Positions 38,882 through 47,697 of a DNA stretch of 47,697 nt are shown here, in pieces. The notes below the pieces were generated by a model that did not search any database, was not told where the DNA came from, and saw nothing but the letters and a program-made list of their open reading frames with translations. The stretch is from positions 1 to 47,697 of the forward strand of contig DAITMC010000003.1 in the NCBI GenBank assembly GCA_036835365.1, written 5' to 3'. The first letter of the stretch is position 1. Each line of letters begins with the position of its first letter. The position numbers and the translations under genes are program-made. Origin of the DNA: Saprospiraceae bacterium. Lineage in GTDB: Bacteria > Bacteroidota > Bacteroidia > Chitinophagales > Saprospiraceae.

Positions 38882-39844
38882 ATGAATTTTAAAGTTATTA
38901 TCTCAGGCAGGTTAGCATTCAAAAATGAGCGCAGCATACAAAAAGCGATGGAGGTATATGTGCATAAATGCGAGGTGCTGTACAAGTATTTTTTACTGTT
39001 TAAAGTAGAAGATATTTTTGATGAAGCGTCGCTTAGCTTATCTATACCTCGATTTGTGAAAGAGGGCGTAGAACTAAAAACATGGAACAATACCATGACT
39101 TTACTCCAAGAGATGGCTGATTTTGCCATGGCAGGCAACATGAGTGGTTGGAGAATCAATGCTGGTGAAGTATTGGAGCAATCAACATTAGAGCCTTCTA
39201 GCGATAAAAGCCCTATACAGTCTTTTTTACAAGGCAAGCACATTATTGCTATTGATGGTAATTTGGAAGAAGCTGCTAAGTATTTTACTAAAGCTATTCA
39301 AAAGTTCGATCGACACGATACGGCATATGAAAGAAGAGGTTATGTCCATTTTTTGACCAATAATCATAAGCAGGCAATTGAAGATTATACACAAAGCATT
39401 GCCATTAATGATAGAAATGCAGAATCTTATTTCGGTAGGGCTATTGTGTACCTTAATCAAGGGAATCATAAAATGGCGATTGAGGATTTGACCCGTGCTG
39501 TTCAATATTCTATTGCATTGCAAGACTTGCACTGGAGGGCACGTTGTTTGAAAGGACGCTGTCATTTACAGTTGGGCGAATATGAAAAAGCAACAACAGA
39601 GTTTAACTTTTTCACCAGTCGTAGATTCAAAGAAAACGATCCAAATATTCAATCTTTAAAAGATGCTTACTTTGATTTTGGCAAGGCATTGCTAAAGGTA
39701 GGCAAGCCTTCTAAAGCATTGGAAGTTATCAATAAAGCGGCACGTTTAAAAGATGGGGTTGGTAGCTATTCGTCTGAGGAATGGAAAAAATACCATCAAA
39801 TTGCCTCAAATGCGGCAGCGGGAGGAGCAGTTGTAAACGCTTGA
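38882..39844 (+). CDS. TPR-repeat protein with an uncharacterised N-terminal domain
   Basis: TPR units are visible in AAKYFTKAIQKFDRHDTAYERRGYVHFLTNNHKQAIEDYTQSIAINDRNAESYFGRAIVYLNQGNHKMAIEDLTRAV. The first ~110 aa have no motif I recognise. Confidence 0.7.
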   Translation: MNFKVIISGRLAFKNERSIQKAMEVYVHKCEVLYKYFLLFKVEDIFDEASLSLSIPRFVKEGVELKTWNNTMTLLQEMADFAMAGNMSGWRINAGEVLEQSTLEPSSDKSPIQSFLQGKHIIAIDGNLEEAAKYFTKAIQKFDRHDTAYERRGYVHFLTNNHKQAIEDYTQSIAINDRNAESYFGRAIVYLNQGNHKMAIEDLTRAVQYSIALQDLHWRARCLKGRCHLQLGEYEKATTEFNFFTSRRFKENDPNIQSLKDAYFDFGKALLKVGKPSKALEVINKAARLKDGVGSYSSEEWKKYHQIASNAAAGGAVVNA

Positions 39845-39874
39845 TTATACTTACTGCACCTTGATTTTAGTGCG

Positions 39875-39919
39875 AAAAAAGAGATTGTTCTGATGCTACT
39901 GTTGAACAATCTCTTTTTT
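39875..39919. terminator. bidirectional intrinsic terminator (TPR gene / C1 peptidase convergent)
   Basis: aaaaaagagattgttc (39875-39890) and gaacaatctctttttt (39904-39919) form a perfect 16-bp stem that includes A/T runs. Confidence 0.8.
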
Positions 39920-39940
39920 ATGCCTATCTCCAAAAGCAAT

Positions 39941-41512
39941 TTACACTTTATCAATCGCAATAAACATAGCTACTGCAGTCTTACCACTTTGTAGCTCTGC
40001 TTCAAAATCAATGGTTCTAGCACCTGCGTTAAAACTTACTTTGTCCAAAAGTCTACTTTTTAAAGCTGCTGTTACCTTACTAGCATATACAGTGCCACTT
40101 TGTTGATTAATCAGTGTGTTCAACGCATTAAAATCCAATGCCTCTTTACTAACAACAATGGCAATCCAATCCGTTGAGCCTACCTCATCGGCTACCATAG
40201 AATAGTCGCGAGGAAAAATGCGCGTTCCGTTAATACCACAGTAAGCTGAATGCTTTTCTGTATAAGGAAAAAGTACATAACTTGTCCCATCCGCTTCCAT
40301 GCCAAACACATAAGTATAACACTCCAGAGAGTTGGTTACTTCCACCTTAAATGGGTCTCCTTTCTTGATGGGGCGCACTGTTTTAAAGACATTATTGGCA
40401 GCTTTTTGCAGTTGAATATTGTTCTGTGTTTTGTTGTCTATCAAGCCAAATTTTACAGCGAGTTTATTGCTTTGTTTTTCTGTCTCTGCTGCATTGCCCA
40501 TTGGATAAATGCCATAAGCCTCTTTGACAAAATATTCAAAGTTTTTGTAGCCGACCCAAGCATTACCATTTTCGCCCCAATCGCTTCCCCAGCTATTCAT
40601 AATATGAAAAGCACCTTCGCCATTTAGGGCAGTATCATCGTAGCCAATCACACACATGGCATGTCCACCCAATCGGCTTGAGCCACTCAAGTCAGCGCGT
40701 GAGGGCTGCCACAAGTTTTTATTTTTCATGGAGTAAGTAAAACTCTCACCCACCATCATTCCAATTACTACTGGTGCACCCGATGCCAGATGTTGACGAA
40801 TAGCGTTGATGTCCACTTTATAATTGTTGTGATTGACAGAAAGTCGCTCATAGCCTTTAATTTTAAATTGTTGTGCTTCACGTACCTCTTGCGACGAAGG
40901 TTTTAAACGACAAGAGCCTTCGTTGTATTCAAATTCTGAAAAGGGCAAAGCTCCATTTTTGAGCATTGTTTCCATCGCATAATGAAGGTATGTTCCTTGA
41001 CAGCCTTCAAAAGCAATTTGATTATAGACATAAGAAGGACTAAATGCCGTATTGCGTGGATTTTGACCTGTTTGTCGAGCATGTAGAATCGTGCGTGCAG
41101 CATAGGCACTTGCCCAGCCTACGCATGAACCTTGTCGCCCTTGATTGAGGCGCGGCGGTGCATACTCTAATAAAGATACCTTAGCAGGCAATTCATTTCT
41201 ACCCTCAGCTAAGGCTGCAAAGACTAAACGTTTATCATATTCCTCTTGATTTTCGGTGAAGCCCAGCGAAAATTCGGTAGGGTCGTTGCTAGTAGGACTA
41301 ACGGGTAAAAATTGGTTAAAAAAGTCGCTTCCTAGATAAAGATAAGCCAATCCTCCAATAACAAGAATAGGCAAGATTAATTTGGGGCGCTGCAACAAAA
41401 GAGGAATCAACAGTAGAAGCCATTTTAGGTTTCCTCCTCCGCCAGGCTGTGGGCGAGGGTTGTTATTGTTATCCTGTGGATTAGGATCGTCCTTTTGCAT
41501 TCTAATAGCCAT
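39941..41512 (-). CDS. membrane-anchored papain-like (C1 family) cysteine peptidase with C-terminal DUF4384-like domain
   Basis: Low-complexity N-terminus plus TM (WLLLLIPLLL...ILPILVIGGLAYLYL). Catalytic Cys context QGRQGSCVGWASAYA, His context GGHAMCVIGYDD, and NSWGSDWGENG. The C-terminal ECYTYVFGMEADGTSYVLFP resembles DUF4384. Confidence 0.8.
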   Translation of the reverse strand: MAIRMQKDDPNPQDNNNNPRPQPGGGGNLKWLLLLIPLLLQRPKLILPILVIGGLAYLYLGSDFFNQFLPVSPTSNDPTEFSLGFTENQEEYDKRLVFAALAEGRNELPAKVSLLEYAPPRLNQGRQGSCVGWASAYAARTILHARQTGQNPRNTAFSPSYVYNQIAFEGCQGTYLHYAMETMLKNGALPFSEFEYNEGSCRLKPSSQEVREAQQFKIKGYERLSVNHNNYKVDINAIRQHLASGAPVVIGMMVGESFTYSMKNKNLWQPSRADLSGSSRLGGHAMCVIGYDDTALNGEGAFHIMNSWGSDWGENGNAWVGYKNFEYFVKEAYGIYPMGNAAETEKQSNKLAVKFGLIDNKTQNNIQLQKAANNVFKTVRPIKKGDPFKVEVTNSLECYTYVFGMEADGTSYVLFPYTEKHSAYCGINGTRIFPRDYSMVADEVGSTDWIAIVVSKEALDFNALNTLINQQSGTVYASKVTAALKSRLLDKVSFNAGARTIDFEAELQSGKTAVAMFIAIDKV

Positions 41513-41747
41513 AACTGAGTTGTTTATTGAGTTAGAAAATAATAGTTTTTTTTGCGCTAGTGCATTGCTACATCCCGATTTGTAATCGAGACTACTGCCA
41601 TTTTTCTATTTCACCTTTTAAGGTTTTATTTATTTTTATACGGTCAATTACTCACAAATATACACTTTTGTAAAACTAAATCTAATACGTTGAAATAACC
41701 TTATTTTTGTAAAAAAGTCTATATTCACTAACGAAACGAAACGAACC

Positions 41748-42671
41748 ATGAAATACTTCTTTCTTGCACTTTTCTTAGCTATGCTTTGTGTGGAAGGGCA
41801 TTATCGCCAAAAAGACCCTAAGCCTCGACTTCAAGTTGTACAACTAGGTAAAGAGGATCGTCCTTTCAAGGTTTTACAAAAAACTTTTCAAGCTAACAAT
41901 AAGGGGTATCATCTTCATTTTTTTTCACAAGCGAACCGCTTGAAGAGCAGTTCGTCCAACAGAATTGCGTTCGTGCAACGTGGCGGTGGCACTGCTCAAC
42001 TAAACGGGGCTACTTCTAAAGTGGCAGTTGGCGATATTTTACTTATCCCCGCTAAGCAAACTGTGAATGTGGATAGCCTACTGGATATGTTGGTGTTTAC
42101 TGTGCCAGAGGCTTTCCCCGCTAATCTTCCACTATTTATTCGACCTGATTGGGATGAACATATCACGGATACGCCCGGTGGATGTGCCACAGAAACAGGG
42201 GCATATCGTCGTATTTTGCTGACTTGGTTAGGGCGTGTCGGACCTTATTTGTATCATTCCCTCAATGCACATAGGGTGCGCATCATGGATTCTTTTACCC
42301 ATTATCATCCAAAACAAGGTGGTTTTGATGAGTTTTATCTAGTACAGATGGCGATGCCGGGTGCAAAAATTATTACGGGCGAACGCTTGGATTTGGTAGA
42401 AAACTATGAGTATTTAAGCAGAGAACAAACTAAAGGCTTACTCACAGAAACACCACTTCACGTTGGCGATTTGGTGTATTTGCCAAGAGGCGTGATTCAT
42501 CGCGGTTTAGGGGGAGCTTTGGTGCAAGTCATTACAGTGCCTGGCTTCATTCCAAAGTCAGAAATTGGGGTGGATTACTATCTGCGAAAAATCAATGAAC
42601 GCTTTGAGCTCAAAGAAGATGAAGCGCTGCCTTACAATAAGGCAGCATCTGATAGTGTTGTCATCAAATAA
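41748..42671 (+). CDS. secreted cupin-domain protein
   Basis: Signal peptide, then cupin motif 1-like FTHYHPKQGGFDEFYLV and motif 2-like GDLVYLPRGVIHRG. Confidence 0.55.
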   Translation: MKYFFLALFLAMLCVEGHYRQKDPKPRLQVVQLGKEDRPFKVLQKTFQANNKGYHLHFFSQANRLKSSSSNRIAFVQRGGGTAQLNGATSKVAVGDILLIPAKQTVNVDSLLDMLVFTVPEAFPANLPLFIRPDWDEHITDTPGGCATETGAYRRILLTWLGRVGPYLYHSLNAHRVRIMDSFTHYHPKQGGFDEFYLVQMAMPGAKIITGERLDLVENYEYLSREQTKGLLTETPLHVGDLVYLPRGVIHRGLGGALVQVITVPGFIPKSEIGVDYYLRKINERFELKEDEALPYNKAASDSVVIK

Positions 42672-42674
42672 GCG

Positions 42675-43481
42675 TTATGCTTCGGTCGCTAAAATAGCTT
42701 TGCGTACTCCACCATATTTTAAGAGTAAATCCTTAGCGGTGTCGTAGTCAATATTTAGCTCTGCCATCAACATTTTAGTTCCTCGATCCACTAATTTGTT
42801 GTTAGTCAGTTGCATATCTAGCATTTTATTGTCTTTCACTCGACCGAGTTGAATCATGACGCTAGTGCTGATCATGTTCAATACTAATTTTTGGGCTGTT
42901 CCCGATTTCATGCGCGTACTGCCTGTCACAAACTCAGGTCCTACAATCACTTCCACAGGATAGTTGGCATACTTTGCCACTGGCGAGTCAGGATTGCAGG
43001 TAATACTCCCAGTAACAATGCCATTTTCTTGGCATTTTCTCAAGCCGTGTACTACATAAGGCGTTGTACCTGATGCGGCTATGCCAATAACAACATCGCC
43101 CTGATTGACCAAGTACTGTTGCAAATCTTTCCAGGCTTGTTCTTGACTATCTTCAGCGTTTTCTTTTGATTTTCGGATAGCTTCATCCCCCCCAGCCATG
43201 ATACCAATTACCCAATCATGAGGTACGCCAAAAGTGGGTGGGCATTCAGAGGCATCTACAATACCCAAGCGTCCACTAGTACCAGCACCGATATAAAACA
43301 AACGTCCTCCTTCTTTCATTTTGGCGGCGATTGTACTTACCAACGGTGCTATCATAGGGATAGCTTTTTCTACCGCATGAGGTACTGTTTTATCTTCGTT
43401 ATTGATGTTGGTGAGTAACTCTTGCACACTCATCTTTTCCAAATGGCGATAGTTAGATGGCTGTTCTGTGAATTTTTGCAT
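42675..43481 (-). CDS. murQ: N-acetylmuramic acid 6-phosphate etherase
   Basis: SIS-domain hallmark FYIGAGTSGRLGIVDASECPPTFG, plus GIAASGTTPYV and TGSTRMKSGTAQK. It is 268 aa. Confidence 0.92.
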   Translation of the reverse strand: MQKFTEQPSNYRHLEKMSVQELLTNINNEDKTVPHAVEKAIPMIAPLVSTIAAKMKEGGRLFYIGAGTSGRLGIVDASECPPTFGVPHDWVIGIMAGGDEAIRKSKENAEDSQEQAWKDLQQYLVNQGDVVIGIAASGTTPYVVHGLRKCQENGIVTGSITCNPDSPVAKYANYPVEVIVGPEFVTGSTRMKSGTAQKLVLNMISTSVMIQLGRVKDNKMLDMQLTNNKLVDRGTKMLMAELNIDYDTAKDLLLKYGGVRKAILATEA

Positions 43482-43541
43482 CTTTTTATATTTATTGATT
43501 TGATTTCGTAATCATGACGAACAATTAGTGCTGGTCAGGAT

Positions 43542-44657
43542 TTATACTTTAATAAATATTTTCTTCCAATAAAGTACCCAAGCTAAAGCTAAGAAAAACA
43601 GTACATTAGCAATAGCATATGCCAAAGAAGCATTCATAGGATGTGTTATCCATGAAGTGAAACCATGTTGATAAATCCAATTACCTAACGAGATAGTTTG
43701 TTCATTGGAGGATAATTTAATGGTGTAAAGCAGCTTAGCGACAATTCCTGACATGACGAATACAAATAAAGCGTTTGTACCATATACCACAAAAGGTTTA
43801 GTCCATTTTTGATATTGCAATACATCCACTAGCCAATAGATAGTTCCTAATGTTAGCAAAGCAATACCACTGGTGTAAGCAACGTAGGAACTTGTCCAAA
43901 GTGCCTTATTGATAGGAAAAGCCAGATTCCATACTAATCCTAATAAAATAGCTAGTGTTCCGATACCAAAAATACCTGTGAGTTTTTCGTAATGCCCTTT
44001 AGGTTGTTGAATCCATAAGCCTGTCAACACACCACTAATGCCAGAAACAACAGCAGGTAGGGTACTCAATAGCCCTTCTGGATCCCAGACTTTGGATTGC
44101 GACCAAAGATGCCCTGGCATGAGCATATAATCCAGCCAAGCCCCAAGATTGGTTTCAGGCTCAAGGTTAGGTGGATAGCCGCTAGGGACAGGCACTAATG
44201 TCATTAACGCCCAATAAACCAACAGCAAGCCGACTCCCACCCACGCCTGAGTTTTCCAGTTCGTTTTCAGAAAGAGCATTGCAGTTACGCCATACACTAG
44301 GGCAATGCGCTGCAATACACCAGGTATGCGCACGGTAGAAAAATTAAATTTCGGAAATAGGCTTAAAAACAAGCCAATTCCAAATATAAGCAATACGCGT
44401 CGAATTATTTTGAGCACAATGCCTCGATGTTCGTAGCCGAGTGCTTTGCGTTTGCCTAATGCCAACGGAATGGAGACACCAACGATGAAAAGAAAAAAGG
44501 GAAATACCAAATCGGTTGGTGTGCAGCCGTGCCACTTGGCGTGTAACAGCGGTGCATACACATTGCCCCAATCGCCAGGATTATTCACCAGTATCATGCC
44601 TGCAATAGTCATTCCCCTAAAGACATCGAGGGAAAGTAATCGTTGTTTTATCTGCAT
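43542..44657 (-). CDS. DUF5009 / heparan-alpha-glucosaminide N-acetyltransferase-like membrane acyltransferase
   Basis: N-terminal RLLSLDVFRGMTIAGMILVNNPG, with 10-11 predicted TM helices. It is co-oriented with and immediately upstream of murQ. Confidence 0.7.
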   Translation of the reverse strand: MQIKQRLLSLDVFRGMTIAGMILVNNPGDWGNVYAPLLHAKWHGCTPTDLVFPFFLFIVGVSIPLALGKRKALGYEHRGIVLKIIRRVLLIFGIGLFLSLFPKFNFSTVRIPGVLQRIALVYGVTAMLFLKTNWKTQAWVGVGLLLVYWALMTLVPVPSGYPPNLEPETNLGAWLDYMLMPGHLWSQSKVWDPEGLLSTLPAVVSGISGVLTGLWIQQPKGHYEKLTGIFGIGTLAILLGLVWNLAFPINKALWTSSYVAYTSGIALLTLGTIYWLVDVLQYQKWTKPFVVYGTNALFVFVMSGIVAKLLYTIKLSSNEQTISLGNWIYQHGFTSWITHPMNASLAYAIANVLFFLALAWVLYWKKIFIKV

Positions 44658-44690
44658 AAAGTGTTTATCATTTTGTTTGTGTCAAAGTAT

Positions 44691-45542
44691 TTACTTTTGT
44701 TTTTGCAGCGTTTCTAGTATTTCTTGGTCGTCCTTACCCAAATTTTGCAACAAAAATTGAGCGTCATCCGCAAAAGCACTTTTAGGATACTGCTCCAAGA
44801 ACAACTTATATTTTTTTTGAGCGCCTTCTATATCTTTTAGGTCGTTATCGAGTATAAATGCCGACAAAAAGAGGGCTAGTTCTGCTTCGGGTTGGTCGCT
44901 GTACGCCTCTAAAATCCAATTATTGAGCATTAGAGCGCGCTCAAAATCTTGATTTGATTTTGCTACTTCAGCAGCTCTTTTCAAATAAAGCGGAGCTTTT
45001 TCTGCCTTTGGCAGGAGTAAAGCATAGATTTCAGCACTTTCTAAAAATTGTGTTGCCATTTGAGGGTCAACCCCTTGAAGGGTATTAGTGAAAATTGCTT
45101 GGTAAAGCGAATCCATACTTTTAGTAGCATCTAGTTGATTAGTGCGTATTTTCAGACAAGCAGGATGATTGCTATAATTAGGGTAGGCTTGTTCAAAGAT
45201 TTGAAATGCCATACTTGCGATTTCAGGGGCAATGTTTTCATAAGCACTTGCTAACTGAAAAGCAGTTTCGGCGTTGAGATTTTTGTTAACGCTTGTTTTG
45301 ATAAGTGCAATCGCTTTTTCTTCTTGACTGTTTTCTAATAAAAGAGAGATTAATTTTGGGACACTCATCTCGGAGGAGTCCATTTCATAAACTGCCATCA
45401 ACTGTTTTAGATTTTCTGGCGTTGGCTCTTTTTTATACTTGGCTTCTAATGCTGGAATGGAAATACGATTATCTTCAAGCGTAGTATTGGGTTTACAACT
45501 AAAGAAAAGTACGGCAGCAGTTAAAATAACAATTTTATTCAT
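44691..45542 (-). CDS. TPR-like lipoprotein
   Basis: Lipoprotein signal LTAAVLFFSCKP, an all-helical repeat body, and a YbgF-like C-terminus LFLEQYPKSAFADDAQFLL. Confidence 0.6.
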   Translation of the reverse strand: MNKIVILTAAVLFFSCKPNTTLEDNRISIPALEAKYKKEPTPENLKQLMAVYEMDSSEMSVPKLISLLLENSQEEKAIALIKTSVNKNLNAETAFQLASAYENIAPEIASMAFQIFEQAYPNYSNHPACLKIRTNQLDATKSMDSLYQAIFTNTLQGVDPQMATQFLESAEIYALLLPKAEKAPLYLKRAAEVAKSNQDFERALMLNNWILEAYSDQPEAELALFLSAFILDNDLKDIEGAQKKYKLFLEQYPKSAFADDAQFLLQNLGKDDQEILETLQKQK

Positions 45543-45662
45543 AGGCTTTTTTTTTAACGTTCTTCAAAAGTAAGGTATTTCAAAATGGTATCCACAAACA
45601 AATTTAGTGGAATCGTGTTTTGCTCACAAATTTATAGATTTCAATATATAAACGCTTGAAAG

Positions 45663-46994
45663 ATGAAAATAAATTGTTTTTGGTTCAGAAGGGATTTGCG
45701 TTTAGAGGACAATGCAGGTTTGCATCAAGCATTGAGTGCAGGGCTGCCCGTGTTGTGTATTTTCATCTTTGATCGCAATATTTTGGACCATTTGCCGCAA
45801 AAGGACGCTAGAGTAGCCTTCATTCATAGCGTTATACATCAGCTCAATGAGCAGTTGCAAGCATTAGGGAGTAGTATATATGTCGTTCATGGTAAGCCCG
45901 ATGAAGTATGGGAAAAAATAACACAAACCTTTGATATTCAAACCGTTTTTACTAATAGAGACTATGAACCTTATGCCTTAGCGCGCGACAGCGCAATAGA
46001 AAAATTGTTACATAATAAAGGTGTGGCATTTAAAACATTTAAAGATCATTTGATTTTTGAAAAAGACGAGGTGCTCAAGCAGGACGGAACGCCTTACACC
46101 GTTTTTACACCATATAGCCGCACTTGGAAAAAGATGTTGGATAGCAAACAAGTAGAAGTTGATGGTAAAAGGATGTCCTACTACTTTCAGTCTTATCCGA
46201 CAGAAAAGTATGTCCAGCATTTTTACAAAACTAAAACATTTTCTATACCTAGTCTTGAGGATATGGGATTTATGCCGACGAATATTGCTATTCCTTCCAA
46301 ACAAGTAAAGCAGGGTATTATTAAACAATACGATCAAATGCGTAATTTTCCGGCCGTCGAGGGGACTTCGCGTTTAGGTATCCATTTTAGATTTGGCACT
46401 ATTAGTATTCGGCAGAAAGCACAAAAAGCCATGCAACTCAATGAAACTTTTTTGAATGAACTTATCTGGCGAGAATTTTACGCTATGATTTTAGCCCATT
46501 TTCCGCATGTAGTAAAAAATGCTTTTCGAGAAAAATATGACCATATCAAGTGGCGCAATGATGAAAAAGATTTTAAAAAATGGTGTGAGGGAAAAACCGG
46601 CTATCCTATCGTGGATGCGGGAATGCGCGAATTGAATACCACAGGCTACATGCACAACCGAGTACGCATGATAACGGCTAGCTTTCTGACGAAACATCTG
46701 CTCATTGACTGGCGTTGGGGAGAGGCTTACTTTGCCGAAAAACTGTTGGATTTTGAACTCGCTAGCAACAATGGTGGCTGGCAATGGGCAGCAGGCAGTG
46801 GAACAGATGCAGCACCGTATTTTAGAATATTTAATCCCGACGCTCAGCAGGCAAAATTCGATAAGGAGATGCGCTACATCAAAACTTGGGTGCCAGAGTA
46901 TGGCACACCAAAGTATTCACCACCAATGGTGGAGCATAAAATGGCAAGGGAAAGATGCTTAGCTACTTATAAATCAGGATTAGAGCAAGTTTAA
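45663..46994 (+). CDS. cryptochrome/photolyase family protein (class I CPD photolyase or Cry-DASH type)
   Basis: N-terminal FWFRRDLRLEDNAGL. FAD-binding region TGYPIVDAGMRELNTTGYMHNRVRMITASFLTKHLLIDWRWGEAYF...NNGGWQWAAGSGTDAAPYFRIFNP. Confidence 0.9.
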   Translation: MKINCFWFRRDLRLEDNAGLHQALSAGLPVLCIFIFDRNILDHLPQKDARVAFIHSVIHQLNEQLQALGSSIYVVHGKPDEVWEKITQTFDIQTVFTNRDYEPYALARDSAIEKLLHNKGVAFKTFKDHLIFEKDEVLKQDGTPYTVFTPYSRTWKKMLDSKQVEVDGKRMSYYFQSYPTEKYVQHFYKTKTFSIPSLEDMGFMPTNIAIPSKQVKQGIIKQYDQMRNFPAVEGTSRLGIHFRFGTISIRQKAQKAMQLNETFLNELIWREFYAMILAHFPHVVKNAFREKYDHIKWRNDEKDFKKWCEGKTGYPIVDAGMRELNTTGYMHNRVRMITASFLTKHLLIDWRWGEAYFAEKLLDFELASNNGGWQWAAGSGTDAAPYFRIFNPDAQQAKFDKEMRYIKTWVPEYGTPKYSPPMVEHKMARERCLATYKSGLEQV

Positions 46995-47697
46995 GCACGT
47001 TTTGCTTTTTCCCAAATCACCGATTGACCGCCTGAAAGATATCTAAAAAAGCCTCTAAATATCGCATAGTTCATCATGCAAAAATAGTAAGGAACGAAGA
47101 GTACTTTGACCTTTAGCTTTCTTTGCTCTAGTAAATAGCCCCCTAATGCCAACGTATAAAATAGGCATTGTCCAAGCAAAATCAGTCGAAACCATTCAAC
47201 ATTATAGTAAGCTAAGTAACTATTAGTCAGCAACAATACAATTAATCCAAGTGGAGCAAGTGTCCACCTGAGTACACGGTGCGAAACATACTGAAAAGTA
47301 AGTACACCATATTTGAATACATTCAATAAAGGTAGTAAGCGAATAATAGATTGAAAACCGCCAGCAGCAATCCTTATTTTGCGTTTTAGTTCTTCAGCGA
47401 CAGAAGCAGAGGCTGTTTCGGCAGCATAAGCGTTAGGTTCGTAAGCTACTTTGTAGCCTCTGGCAGCAATGCGCATAGTCATATAAAAGTCCTCTACGAT
47501 AGAATCCTTTGGAGGGGCTTCGTACAAATTAGTACGAATGGAGAAAAGTTCGCCTGCTGCGCCCACCACAGAGTGTAAGTCGGAATCCCATTTTTTTAAT
47601 GTGGACTCATATTTCCAGTACAGACCTTCGCCTGCACTACTTGCACCTTCTTGTGCTTCCAGATGAATGCGCTTTTCTCCAGCGACTGCACCTACTT
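46991..47697 (-). CDS. family 2 glycosyltransferase, C-terminal part (5' end lies beyond the window)
   Basis: The frame stays open to the window edge. My translation is ...GAVAGEKRIHLEAQEGASSAGEGLYWKYESTLKKWDSDLHSVVGAAGELFSIR...EDFYMTMRIAARGYKVAYEP..., followed by C-terminal TM helices. This matches the GT2 catalytic/acceptor region. The GTG at 47569 in the ORF track is not the real start. Confidence 0.8.
   Translation of the reverse strand, partial: VGAVAGEKRIHLEAQEGASSAGEGLYWKYESTLKKWDSDLHSVVGAAGELFSIRTNLYEAPPKDSIVEDFYMTMRIAARGYKVAYEPNAYAAETASASVAEELKRKIRIAAGGFQSIIRLLPLLNVFKYGVLTFQYVSHRVLRWTLAPLGLIVLLLTNSYLAYYNVEWFRLILLGQCLFYTLALGGYLLEQRKLKVKVLFVPYYFCMMNYAIFRGFFRYLSGGQSVIWEKAKRA

Noticed and set aside
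38791-39565. Antisense ORFs 38791..39243 (150 aa) and 39227..39565 (112 aa) opposite the TPR gene.
   Set aside because: The plus-strand ORF carries clear TPR repeats. The antisense products are Cys/Ile/Leu-rich with no motifs.
46991-46994. 4-bp overlap of the convergent photolyase and glycosyltransferase stop codons (tTAA / TTAa).
   Set aside because: This is a real but trivial consequence of the palindromic TTAA, and I see no evidence of regulatory significance.
1-47697. Search for CRISPR arrays, rRNA/tRNA genes, integrases, transposases and prophage genes.
   Set aside because: I found no regularly spaced short direct repeats, no rRNA/tRNA-like sequence and no recombinase ORFs. The only tandem repeats are the coding modules of the giant gene.

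Overview
This 47.7 kb window looks like chromosomal DNA from a Bacteroidota-type organism. The support is a T9SS C-terminal sorting domain on a giant secreted protein, tandem OmpH/Skp genes, a b558-type sdhC-sdhA-sdhB operon, and mostly Shine-Dalgarno-less starts. Most of the window is ordinary housekeeping: hisH, PHP histidinol phosphatase, ahcY, rpsU, pckA, sdhCAB, acyl-CoA dehydrogenase, alkaline phosphatase, M28 peptidase, a NatAB-like ABC pair, murQ, a photolyase and a partial GT2 glycosyltransferase. I found no rRNA, tRNA, CRISPR array or intact mobile element. I cannot point to one clearly novel multi-gene system. The items most worth a second look are: (1) a DTE-motif proteorhodopsin transcribed divergently from a Ras/Rab-like small GTPase; (2) a 2178-aa T9SS-secreted protein built from ~243-aa modules, with a near-identical ~1.46 kb internal duplication that includes a 113-bp perfect match; (3) an AT-rich two-gene insertion (DUF2188 plus a TIR-like/deoxyribosyltransferase-like unknown) between hisH and the histidinol phosphatase; (4) a decaying zone holding a vapBC-like relic that is absent from the ORF track and a SulP transporter split by one in-frame TAG; (5) an 830-bp AT-rich intergenic region upstream of sdhC with three consensus DnaA boxes within 37 bp, a candidate oriC or DnaA-controlled region, which also carries Fur-box-like palindromes. 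Functional calls rest on motif recognition by eye. No database search was possible.
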